The notes under the pieces: model-generated
Seen by the model: only the letters and a program-made list of their open reading frames with translations
The model's database searches: none
What the model was told of the DNA's origin: nothing
From: an uncultured Verrucomicrobiae bacterium
Lineage (GTDB): Bacteria > Chlamydiota > Chlamydiia > Chlamydiales > Rhabdochlamydiaceae
Length of the DNA stretch: 64,000 nucleotides
Assembly (NCBI GenBank): GCA_963806855.1
Contig: CAWDYW010000003.1
Span: forward strand, 320,001-384,000
Direction of reading: 5' to 3'
Translations under genes and position numbers: made by a program
In this document: piece after piece, positions 38,481 through 47,501 of the stretch
How positions within the stretch are numbered: position 1 is the first letter of the stretch
How the letters are laid out: each line of letters opens with the position of its first letter

Positions 38481-39177
38481 CTACAACAGATCTAGTTTTT
38501 CTAAAACTTGTGCGATAGAAAAAAGATCTCTTTTATTTGTGCATTTTAATTTTTGCTTAATTTTTTCAAAGTGGGACTCAATTGTTCGAGAAGAAAGTTT
38601 GAAGATTGCAGCAGTTTCCTTAGCTGTTTTACCCTCTAGCAGACAGCGAAGGCATTGTCTTTCGCGTTGAGAAAGAATGGGGGCTTTTTCAATATAATGC
38701 TCCATTCCAAGGCTTTTTAATAGACCTAGATAATATCCTGGCTCTACGAGCTCGGTTTGAAGAGAAACTTCTCCGATTTGCTCTAAAATTCCAAGTCTGT
38801 CCCAATATTGCCAAACCTCAGTAATTTTTCCATTGCTGATTCGGTAGATGCTTAAGCCCGCAATCGAAAAGTGGGGATTTTTTGGACTTATCCCTTTGTA
38901 TTTTTCTCGATGCTTCCCGCGGCATATCCAACGGACAAAGACGCGATCACCAGAGCCAAAAATTTCTTCTATCGAAAATATTTTTCCTGGGTAGGCTTCT
39001 ATGTATGAAGAGTCAATCTGTCTTGCTGCTTTAAGTCCTCGGATTTTTTGATTACTTGCAGGGCCATGGATGATGACATCTTTAGAAAAAAAAATCTGCA
39101 TAAAGAGAAAGGTCGTCTCTATTGACGTATTCTTCAAAGAATTTTCGAATGAATAAAACATTGTTCTTTGTTGTCAT
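38481..39177 (-). CDS. SnoaL/ester-cyclase-like domain fused to a LuxR HTH; +1 frameshift in a T9 run near the 5' end
   Basis: GDRVFVRW and GKITEVWQYWD (SnoaL); LSQRERQCL...GKTAKETA...LSSRTIESH (LuxR). The natural start MTTKNNVLFIRKFFEE at 39177 is in frame only if the run is T8. Confidence 0.8.
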
Positions 39178-40571
39178 TTCTTAAATATTATGGGTGGGGC
39201 TGAGCGAAAATGTTCAAAGGGAACATGCAATTCATCCACCTCTCCTAAAGAATTACTGAAAAAAGAAAATTCTACAATAGGGTTTACTCCATAAGCAAGA
39301 AGAACTGGATATTTCGCCTCAAAAATCCCCTCGCTTTTCTGATTGAGCTGGACCTTCATTCTTCCAAGGGTAGCCATGAGGGAATTGTATTCAACTTTGA
39401 TCTCCATCATTCCATATGCTGGATGAACATATTGACCCTCATATTTTTGTAATATTTTCTGATTTGTGTCTTGGATGCCCAAAAAGTAATCGTAAATGCT
39501 GTTCTTTATACAGGAAATGGCATGTCGGCCATCCGTACTACTATTTGTCAAAATGACAAGACCAATTTTTTCATTAGGAAGAAAAGAAACCTCAGAAAAA
39601 AAGCCTTCCAGCGTTCCTCCATGATGGACTTGCTTTCGTCCTCTATAGGTATCAATTTCCCATCCTAGGCCATATCCGGATGGCTCAGACGATTGGACAG
39701 CGTAGGGCATATGAATTGTATGCATTTCATCAAGAGTTTCCTTTTGAATGAAATTGGGTTGGGTATCATCATAGAGTTGGACTCGCACCCATTTAGCCAT
39801 ATCAGAAGCCGAAGAATGCATTGCACTTGCTGCTAGAGTAGATCGAGGATATAAAAAAGAAAGTTTTTGAAGTTTCCCTCCGAGTTCTGCATAAGGTTGC
39901 GCAACATCAGTGATCTCTTGAAGCTGATTTGATATACCCGAACGATCCATTCGTAAGGGTTTTAGAATTCGAGAGGCAAGCTCTTCTTCCCAGGTGTTGT
40001 TTGTCACTCTTTTAATGACTTTCCCGGCAACCACATACATGAAATTGTTATATAGAAAGGCTTCTCTCAATTTAGAGACAGGGGGAAAATGAGGAAGCAC
40101 TTCAAGGACATCTTCTTCGGAGAGATCGCGGACAAGATACCATAGTGCATCATTGCGAGGAACTCCTGTCCGATGAGCTATCAGATCACGCAAAGTGACT
40201 TGAGATGAAAGGTCATGATTATGCAGGCGAAATTCGGGGAGGTATTTGATCACTGGGTCATCCCAGGCAAGTTTTCCCTCCTCCACAAGCTGACTAATGA
40301 GGAGGCTTGTAAAGGCTTTTGTATTCGACGCAATGGGAAATACTGTATTTTCCGTTACAGGAAGTCCATTTTCTAAATCACGCATCCCATAGCCACGGCA
40401 GAGTAGGGTTTTATCGCCCCTAACAACAACTACCGCAGCACCTGGAACGTGAAATTCTTCAAGAGCTTGGGTTACAATTTTATTGAGTTCGCTTTCATGC
40501 CCCATAAGAAGATCTAGATTGAAACTATTCATAATTACCAAAAATGAAAAAACTGTTTTAAAAAAATTCAT
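39174..40571 (-). CDS. Serine hydrolase, beta-lactamase/AmpC superfamily, with C-terminal DUF3471-like domain
   Basis: SNTK (SxxK), YNN and HHGG motifs; YEGQYVHPAYG. Confidence 0.88.
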   Translation of the reverse strand: MNFFKTVFSFLVIMNSFNLDLLMGHESELNKIVTQALEEFHVPGAAVVVVRGDKTLLCRGYGMRDLENGLPVTENTVFPIASNTKAFTSLLISQLVEEGKLAWDDPVIKYLPEFRLHNHDLSSQVTLRDLIAHRTGVPRNDALWYLVRDLSEEDVLEVLPHFPPVSKLREAFLYNNFMYVVAGKVIKRVTNNTWEEELASRILKPLRMDRSGISNQLQEITDVAQPYAELGGKLQKLSFLYPRSTLAASAMHSSASDMAKWVRVQLYDDTQPNFIQKETLDEMHTIHMPYAVQSSEPSGYGLGWEIDTYRGRKQVHHGGTLEGFFSEVSFLPNEKIGLVILTNSSTDGRHAISCIKNSIYDYFLGIQDTNQKILQKYEGQYVHPAYGMMEIKVEYNSLMATLGRMKVQLNQKSEGIFEAKYPVLLAYGVNPIVEFSFFSNSLGEVDELHVPFEHFRSAPPIIFKK

Positions 40572-40626
40572 ATTGAGATGTCCTAAATTTTGAGTGAATT
40601 ATAAAATAAAGTTCCTGCTTTGATCA

Positions 40627-40645
40627 ATCCGTATTGGTTACGGAT
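40627..40645. promoter_or_regulatory. Candidate operator palindrome upstream of the hydrolase-LuxR operon
   Basis: ATCCGTA-N5-TACGGAT, about 55 bp upstream of the start codon. Confidence 0.4.
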
Positions 40646-40961
40646 AGGGAAGGGGGGGGGATAGAGATTTACTGCCCGTTTGTTCTATAGGAATTCAAAG
40701 GGTGAGAGGTTTCTTCAAGTTTATGACTTGAAAGATTTTCTCCTTAAATACTAAGAGTCTTAGTGGTTAAGGAGATTTTTTTCAAGTTGTTTCAGTATAC
40801 ACATGATTGCAAAGTAGTTCGTTGATGGCTGCAGTGGGCTTTTACGAATTTTAGATGGTGCAATTGGAAGCTTAAATCTACCAGTTAGCGATTCGATTCT
40901 TGCAAAATATTCATCAATCTGGCATGATTCAGTTCGATTCATTACAGTAGGTTAATAGTCG

Positions 40962-41855
40962 ATGAGAAAGTTGGAGCATTTGGAAACATTCATAAAGGTT
41001 GTCGAAGCAAACAGCTTGGCATTAGCAGCCAAGCGATTAGGCCTCTCTGCTGCGGCGATTAGTAAACAGATAAGTGCTTTAGAAAATGATTTGAAAATGA
41101 GTTTGCTGTCTCGAACGACAAGGCGTTTGGAATTAACTGAATTAGGGCGCATCTATTACGAGCATTGCAAGCGGGTGATGAAGAAGATTGACGATCTCGA
41201 TGGGGTGATGAGCTCGCTTCAGCAAGAGCCTTCTGGAGAATTAACTGTGCTTTCAAGTCGATACTTTGCCGACCATTGCATAGTCCCTCATTTACAGGAA
41301 TTTTTCGCAAAATATCCTAAAATTACACTGGACCTTATCATCGTTGGCCGAGCTTCCGATTTATCCAGAGAAGATATCGACCTATTCTTTGGGATTACTC
41401 ATGCTGCTGCTCCTGAGGCAACTCAGCGAGAAATTGCTAAAGGTTATTTCTCTTTATGCGCTTCCCCTTCTTATCTAAAGCAATATGGAATTCCAAAGAG
41501 CCCTCAAGATTTGTCCCATCATCATTTTATTACCTATAGCGTAAGGCAATCGTGCCATCGACTCTCTTTCAACAATGGAAGCGAGATCTATCTCAATCCA
41601 TTATTGCGCGTCAGTGATACCGAGATGATGATTTCTTGTGCTCTTCGGGGATTGGGATTCATAAAACTCCACCATCTAGAGTCAGAAAAACACTTATCCG
41701 AAGGGGCTCTTGTAGAGATCTTGGCTGAATTTAGAGAGCCTCCCCAGCCTATTTATTTGGGCTATTTCCAAGATCGATATCTGCAACCAAAAGTACGTTA
41801 TTTCATTGAGTTTTATCAGGAAAAATTAAAAAAAACAGGTGCGTATGTTACGTGA
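40962..41855 (+). CDS. LysR-family transcriptional regulator
   Basis: FIKVVEANSLALAAKRLGLS, LLSRTTRRLELT and FFAKYPKI. Confidence 0.93.
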   Translation: MRKLEHLETFIKVVEANSLALAAKRLGLSAAAISKQISALENDLKMSLLSRTTRRLELTELGRIYYEHCKRVMKKIDDLDGVMSSLQQEPSGELTVLSSRYFADHCIVPHLQEFFAKYPKITLDLIIVGRASDLSREDIDLFFGITHAAAPEATQREIAKGYFSLCASPSYLKQYGIPKSPQDLSHHHFITYSVRQSCHRLSFNNGSEIYLNPLLRVSDTEMMISCALRGLGFIKLHHLESEKHLSEGALVEILAEFREPPQPIYLGYFQDRYLQPKVRYFIEFYQEKLKKTGAYVT

Positions 41856-42666
41856 AAAAAACAAAAAAGCGAAAGTTTTCGCTGATTTACATAACAAAAA
41901 AGAGCCCTTCATTTTGGCCAATGCATGGGATGCGGCAAGTGCAAGAATTTTTGAAAAAGCAGGATTTTCGGCCATTGGAACAACGAGTGCGGGCATTGCG
42001 GCATCTAGAGGGTACCGCGATATGCAAAACATTCCTTTCTCCGAAATGCTGGATAACTTAGAGCAAATTTTATCAGCTGTAACTCTTCCTGTCTCTGTTG
42101 ATATAGAAGCGGGCTATGGAAAAAATGCCGAAGAAATAATCCATAACATAAAAAAAGTGGTCTCTTTGGGGGCTGTCGGCATTAATTTTGAAGATGGAAC
42201 GGGAAATGAAGCCTCTCCTATAACTCCGATAGCTACACAGGCGGAAAGAATTCGAGCTATCCGGGAAGAAATCCCTTCAGACTGTTTGTGGATTAATGCA
42301 CGCGTGGATGTATTTTATTTGGGGCTTATGGAAAAAGAGAAAGCTTTGGAAGAAACCATCAAGCGGGCTCATGCCTATTTAGAAGCAGGAGCCGATTCCA
42401 TTTTTGTCGCCGTGAATGATGAAGATCTAATTTCCAATCTCGTCAGAGAAATTAAAGCTCCGATCAATCTTTTGGCAAATTCCAAATTACCTTCTATAGA
42501 AGAGTTGAAACATCTCGGGGTGGCACGGGTCAGTTTGGGCTCTGGACCTATCAGGGCTACATTGGGGTTATTAGAGGAAATTTCTCATGAACTTCTAAAT
42601 TCAGGGACATATCGGAGTTTAACAAATAAAGCGGTTTCATACTCTGAGCTTCAAGAACTTTTTTGA
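41839..42666 (+). CDS. Isocitrate lyase/PEP mutase family protein
   Basis: NAWDAASA, TTSAGIA, VDIEAGYG, GINFEDG and INARVD. Confidence 0.9.
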   Translation: MRMLREKNKKAKVFADLHNKKEPFILANAWDAASARIFEKAGFSAIGTTSAGIAASRGYRDMQNIPFSEMLDNLEQILSAVTLPVSVDIEAGYGKNAEEIIHNIKKVVSLGAVGINFEDGTGNEASPITPIATQAERIRAIREEIPSDCLWINARVDVFYLGLMEKEKALEETIKRAHAYLEAGADSIFVAVNDEDLISNLVREIKAPINLLANSKLPSIEELKHLGVARVSLGSGPIRATLGLLEEISHELLNSGTYRSLTNKAVSYSELQELF

Positions 42667-42697
42667 TTATATTTTATGGTTATTATACAATGTTGTA

Positions 42698-43657
42698 GTG
42701 ATGTCTTATTGTGCTGACAAGCAAGCAGAAGCTTTAGAGATTATTCAAAGCGAATTTAAGCTAAGTGGGCCCTTTACTACGGAGCGCATTTCAGGCGGCC
42801 TCTCTGGCTCCGAAGTGATTAAAGTAAAGACCCTTAATGGAGCTTATATCGTTCGGTTTTGGGATATGCAGTGGGCCGATTATTTCCCACAAGATTTGGC
42901 CTGTCAGTTGATTGCCTCCGCTGCGGGGTATGGGCCAAAAGTGCATTTTATCGATGAGGCAAAAGGGATCACAATGATGGATTATCATCATGCTGAACCG
43001 TACCCCAAAATTGAGGCCAAATTACAGGCGCTCGTTGATTTACTCAAAAAGATCCATACGGGCCCTGAAGTGCCAAATGGGATAGATCGAAGGGGATATC
43101 TAAATCTTCTCATCGATGAGACCAAAGAAACACCCCTGTTAGAAGCGATCAGAACAATAAAAGATACGGTATTTGCGGTCACTCGCCCCCATGCAAGTAA
43201 GGTGGCATGTCATCGAGATCTCCATCATGGCAATTTGATTTATGCAGATGGGGCTTTCTTTGCCATTGACTATACTTGGGGCGCGATGGATGATCCCTTT
43301 ACCGATTTGGCGAACATTGCAGTTTTTCACTGTGAGACTGTAGAGGAAGAGCGATTGCTTCTTCGGCTTTATTTAGAGCGTGAACCCAATGCATTGGAAA
43401 TGGCCAGATTATCCCTATTGAAGTTGCCAATCAAAATATTCTATGGATTGGAATTTTTGGGAGTAGCCTCTGCGAGCGGGGTCGATAGGGAGGCGTCATC
43501 ATCGAAAAGCTATAGGGATTTTGGCCATCATGATCGTTTAGCCCCTAGTCCTGCAGATTTGATGCATCATGGAATGACCCTTTTGAAGGAAGTCATCGAT
43601 TATTCCTCTAGTGAGCACTATTCTCAGAATCTAAATCTGTTACTGGACGACTCATGA
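42698..43657 (+). CDS. Choline/aminoglycoside phosphotransferase (APH) family kinase
   Basis: GGLSGS, CHRDLHHGNL, AIDY and DDPFTDLA. Confidence 0.85.
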   Translation: MMSYCADKQAEALEIIQSEFKLSGPFTTERISGGLSGSEVIKVKTLNGAYIVRFWDMQWADYFPQDLACQLIASAAGYGPKVHFIDEAKGITMMDYHHAEPYPKIEAKLQALVDLLKKIHTGPEVPNGIDRRGYLNLLIDETKETPLLEAIRTIKDTVFAVTRPHASKVACHRDLHHGNLIYADGAFFAIDYTWGAMDDPFTDLANIAVFHCETVEEERLLLRLYLEREPNALEMARLSLLKLPIKIFYGLEFLGVASASGVDREASSSKSYRDFGHHDRLAPSPADLMHHGMTLLKEVIDYSSSEHYSQNLNLLLDDS

Positions 43658-44636
43658 CATAACCATCTTGATAACTTCCATCTGGATTCCGAATCGCATT
43701 GGGTAAAGTGCCAACAATACTGAATCCGAGCCTTTCATAAAGTTTGATAGCAAGGACATTTTTGCTGAAGATCATATTGAACTGCATGGTTTGAAATCTT
43801 TGGTCTTTTGCAAAATGCAAGGAGGCTTGAATGAGCAAAGAGCCTATCCCTTTACCTCGATAGCCATCTTTCATCATATAAGCCGCATTGGCGATATGAC
43901 TTGATCTACAGAGGGGATAATTGGATCGAAGATAAAAACCTCCGACGACTTTCCCATCAAGGGTGCGGCAAACGTAGACTTGGCCCCCAGGATTGAAAAA
44001 TTGCCGATGGAATTCCTGAAGTGAGCTGTATTCATAGGGAAACTGCTCGCCGGAGTCCACAACCTCTCGGAAGATTTCATACAATTGCTCTTCATCTTTT
44101 TGCTCGAAGGGGCCTAAAACATAACCCAATTCCTTCAACCGTTTAAGTATCTGAGACAGGTTTTCGATCTGCTTACGAACAGGCTGCTCAACTTTCTTTA
44201 AGCGTGAACTTTTAAGCCCTTTTGCATAGAGAGCGATCCCATCGTAAACAGTGTTAATCTCAGCGGGAGATAAGGTCAAAAGAGCATTTTTTGTCTGATT
44301 GAAGGCGATTGGTTCAAATGCCTCAAGAGTTTGCAATCCTTTTTCAGTCAGATGGAGAAAGCGTTTTCTTTTATCCTCGCCATCAGTTATGCATTTGATA
44401 TAACCCTTTTTCACAGCTTTAGAAATCAAGCGGCTTATTGTCGATTTGTCGAGCAGCAAACGTTCGGCAATCTCACCCATTGTAGGGGGGCTGCCCGTAG
44501 ATAACTCGATGAGCAGGTGCCGCTCGGCTAAGGTGACCCCAATTTCGAAATAGGCATCATTGAGAAGACCGAGTTCCCTCACCATGCTTCTCGCATTCTG
44601 TCTCAAATAATTAATTGAATCGTGTGAAAGGTACAT
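43608..44636 (-). CDS. MarR HTH-GNAT fusion protein
   Basis: LLDKSTISRLI and DKRKRFLHLTEKG (MarR); YRGKGIGS and AIKLYERLGF (GNAT). Confidence 0.88.
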   Translation of the reverse strand: MYLSHDSINYLRQNARSMVRELGLLNDAYFEIGVTLAERHLLIELSTGSPPTMGEIAERLLLDKSTISRLISKAVKKGYIKCITDGEDKRKRFLHLTEKGLQTLEAFEPIAFNQTKNALLTLSPAEINTVYDGIALYAKGLKSSRLKKVEQPVRKQIENLSQILKRLKELGYVLGPFEQKDEEQLYEIFREVVDSGEQFPYEYSSLQEFHRQFFNPGGQVYVCRTLDGKVVGGFYLRSNYPLCRSSHIANAAYMMKDGYRGKGIGSLLIQASLHFAKDQRFQTMQFNMIFSKNVLAIKLYERLGFSIVGTLPNAIRNPDGSYQDGYVMSRPVTDLDSENSAH

Positions 44637-44650
44637 CGCTTTTCCTCTAA

Positions 44651-44669
44651 TAGTTGTATTATACAACTA
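44651..44669. promoter_or_regulatory. Probable MarR autoregulatory operator
   Basis: Perfect palindrome TAGTTGTAT-T-ATACAACTA about 15 bp upstream of the MarR-GNAT start. Confidence 0.6.
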
Positions 44670-44741
44670 ATATAGCGCCTTTAGGAGTTGGCCGCAAGAG
44701 AATTCTTGCAGATTTCTCAATCAGATTTTATAATTTCTCTT

Positions 44742-45422
44742 ATGCGTTGGATTGAAAAATTTGATCTCTTCTTATTCGATTTAGATGGTCTTCTAGTCAA
44801 CACCGAAATGCTTCATTATGAGGCATATCGGTCATTGTGCAGCCATTATGGATATCAGTTGCCCTGGAACTTTTCGGAGTACTTGGAGGTGGCTCATGCC
44901 AGCTCAGAAGGGCTGCGCGAGGCCCTTTATCCTCATTTGGCGTCTCAAGGGGGCGAGTGGAGCTCGATCTATGCGATGAAAAAGAAGATTTACCAAGAGT
45001 CGCTCAATAAGGGAAAACTCAGCTTGATGCCCGGGGTGGAAGCCCTTTTGCAAGAGCTTGCGGGGGCGAGGCTGAAGCGGTGCGTCGCGACCCATTCGAC
45101 CAAAGAGCAGGTTGAGACGATCAAACACCATCTTCCCATATTGAAGACGATTCCAGTTTGGATCACTCGCGAAGATTATGAATCACCCAAGCCGGCGCCA
45201 GATGCCTATTTAAAAGCGATCGAGCTGCTCGCCGACCCTGGAGATAGGATCGTTGGGTTTGAGGACAGTTTTCGGGGGTTGCAGGCCTTGCGGGCCACAT
45301 TGGCGCTGCCGGTACTGATCTGTGATCCAAAACATCGGCAACTCAAAAGTGAAGAGCTAGTCGGCACGGTCCATTATCCTTCATTTGAAAAGATCCCCAG
45401 CAATTTTAAGGCTAATAAATGA
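44742..45422 (+). CDS. HAD-superfamily phosphatase
   Basis: FDLDGLLVNTE, KPAPDAY and FEDS. Confidence 0.9.
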   Translation: MRWIEKFDLFLFDLDGLLVNTEMLHYEAYRSLCSHYGYQLPWNFSEYLEVAHASSEGLREALYPHLASQGGEWSSIYAMKKKIYQESLNKGKLSLMPGVEALLQELAGARLKRCVATHSTKEQVETIKHHLPILKTIPVWITREDYESPKPAPDAYLKAIELLADPGDRIVGFEDSFRGLQALRATLALPVLICDPKHRQLKSEELVGTVHYPSFEKIPSNFKANK

Positions 45423-46167
45423 CTTTCACAAGGAATAATCCCTGAGGCGGTGCGCAGGCGCCCCCTTGTCGCCGATCTTTTGCTTCAAAGATGAGGGGGA
45501 GTTGCTCGATGCTGAGTTTCCCACGGGCGACATCGAGGATCGTTCCCATGATATTGCGGACCATTTTGTAGAGGAATCCGTCGGCCTCGAATTCAAAGGT
45601 CAATTCATCGCCGTTTTCAACAATATCTATACGCTTGATCGTTCGGACAGCATCACGTGAGGCGCTTCCACGGTGCGCTTCATTCGAAAAGGCGGTGAAG
45701 TCGTGCTCTCCGACAAAATGGGCGGCTGCGTTTTTGAGCAATTCTCGATCGAGGGGATAGAAGAGATGCGTCATGTAGAGCCGTTTGAAGGGGCTTAAGA
45801 CGCGGCCGGTGTGGAGATGGTAGTGGTAGATTTTCCCTTTGGCGCTGTAACGAGCATGGAAATCGTCTGCGGCAGGTGAAATGGCGGTGACACGGATGTC
45901 GAGGGGAAGAAGGCCATTGAGTGAGTAGTGAAGTTTTTCGAGATCGAAAGCCCCCTCATAGGCAAAATGAGCCACCTGCTCGAGGGCATGGACGCCGGCG
46001 TCGGTGCGGCCTGAGCTGGTCACTTTGATGGGATGATGCAGCGCAGTTGAGAGAGCCTTTTCGACGAGGGTTTGGATCGAGGTGCCATTAGGTTGCACTT
46101 GCCAGCCGCAGTAGTGAGTGCCGTCATAGGCAATGAGCAGCTTATATTTGGCAATTGACATATTCAT
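45412..46167 (-). CDS. truA: tRNA pseudouridine(38-40) synthase
   Basis: YDGTHYCGWQ, GRTDAGVHA, FHARY and FLYKMVRNI. Confidence 0.96.
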   Translation of the reverse strand: MNMSIAKYKLLIAYDGTHYCGWQVQPNGTSIQTLVEKALSTALHHPIKVTSSGRTDAGVHALEQVAHFAYEGAFDLEKLHYSLNGLLPLDIRVTAISPAADDFHARYSAKGKIYHYHLHTGRVLSPFKRLYMTHLFYPLDRELLKNAAAHFVGEHDFTAFSNEAHRGSASRDAVRTIKRIDIVENGDELTFEFEADGFLYKMVRNIMGTILDVARGKLSIEQLPLIFEAKDRRQGGACAPPQGLFLVKVIY

Positions 46168-46807
46168 TTAGGACATTTTCTGCAAGGAGGAGGTCCTCGG
46201 GGGTGGTCACTTTGATGTTTTCGTAGGAACCCATGACGAGTTTCACTGGGTGGCCGATGAGTTCGGCGAGTGAGACATCATCGGAGACTGTGAGATTCTG
46301 CTTTTCTGCTTTCTCAAAGCCGGCGATGAGGAGCTCTTTTTTAAGCACTTGGGGTGTTTGGATTTCAAAGAGGCTGTCGCGTGGCAAAGTTTGAATAACC
46401 ATGCAGCTCTGATCGGCTTGCTTGATAGTCATTTTGACCGGTGTCGCTAAGCAGGCTGCTCCAAATTTGAGTCCTGCGTCGATCACTGCCTCGACATCTT
46501 CTTTTCTTACTAGGGGACGAGCTGCGTCGTGGACTAAAACATATTCGGAGTCTTTGCAGACGTGCTGAAGAGCATTGAAAAGGGAGTCTTGCCGCCGTTC
46601 TCCTGGCTGCGCAAATATGCCGTTTTTAAAGAGCGATTGGTATTCTGTGTCGCAGACGACGATCACTTCTTTGACTTGATCGAGTTGATGCAAGAGTTCA
46701 TAGCTGTATAGAGCAATGATTTTTCCCGCTAGAGGGAGATATTGTTTGGGTGTCGTAATCCCCATTCTGGATCCGATACCGCCTGATAGAAGAATTGCTG
46801 AAACCAT
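46142..46807 (-). CDS. ispD: 2-C-methyl-D-erythritol 4-phosphate cytidylyltransferase
   Basis: LLSGGIGSRM, PKQY, RQDS, HDAARP, QTPQ and NIKVTTPEDL. Confidence 0.95.
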   Translation of the reverse strand: MVSAILLSGGIGSRMGITTPKQYLPLAGKIIALYSYELLHQLDQVKEVIVVCDTEYQSLFKNGIFAQPGERRQDSLFNALQHVCKDSEYVLVHDAARPLVRKEDVEAVIDAGLKFGAACLATPVKMTIKQADQSCMVIQTLPRDSLFEIQTPQVLKKELLIAGFEKAEKQNLTVSDDVSLAELIGHPVKLVMGSYENIKVTTPEDLLLAENVLNEYVNCQI

Positions 46808-46810
46808 ATT

Positions 46811-46844
46811 AAAAAGAAGCGGCAGAAGGTTTCCCTTCTGCCGC
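46811..46844 (-). terminator. Intrinsic terminator of the SWIB gene
   Basis: GCGGCAGAAGG/CCTTCTGCCGC stem followed by TTCTTTTT on the minus strand. Confidence 0.7.
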
Positions 46845-46851
46845 CAATCCT

Positions 46852-47106
46852 TTATGAAAGATGTTTACTGACTTCTTTTGTCATATCAAACATGTTGATA
46901 GGCTTTTTGCCCAGAACTTTTGCGAGTTTGTCGTCTGGGTTAATCAGGCGCTTATTCTTGGGGTCTTGTCTTTTATTTTCTTTAATGTAAGCCCAAAGTT
47001 TTTTTGTCACTTCGGTGCGTGGCATGGGTCCTTTCCCAACAACAGCTTGTAGCTCTGGAGAGAGTTTCATTGGTTGCATAAATTTTGATGGTGCCTTTTT
47101 TGCCAT
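46852..47106 (-). CDS. Stand-alone SWIB/MDM2 domain protein
   Basis: LSPELQAVVG, RTEVTKKLWAYIK and QDPKNKRLI. Confidence 0.92.
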   Translation of the reverse strand: MAKKAPSKFMQPMKLSPELQAVVGKGPMPRTEVTKKLWAYIKENKRQDPKNKRLINPDDKLAKVLGKKPINMFDMTKEVSKHLS

Positions 47107-47137
47107 ATTTTACTCCTTTCAAATTCTTTTTGGCCTT

Positions 47138-47307
47138 GAGGCAGTTGCTAAACTCAGGTTCAGTCGATTTTCGGGTTCTTTTGAGCCGATTTTCGATTCA
47201 AATTCGGGGGGTAATATCACCTTCCGTATATTACCCCTCGAATATGAATCGAAAATCGGCCAAAATAATCCCGAAAATCGATGAACCCTGAGTTTCGCAA
47301 CTGCCTC
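47138..47307. repeat. 170-bp palindromic miniature element (family C, copy 2)
   Basis: Aligns end to end with the reverse complement of 8012-8181. Confidence 0.9.
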
Positions 47308-47501
47308 CTTCACTGCGCTATCTTAGCGCGGTCGCTAACGAGGCAATTATATATATTCCTCGAAGGACATGTTGTAACTGTATAGGGGAATTATAGTCAA
47401 AAAAAATCATTCCGTCTAGCAAACTTTTAGCAAAACCTTGCATTTTTCCCTGGATTCGGGCACCTTTCGAGGGCGAGGCAACAAATGGTTATTCGAAAAA
47501 G

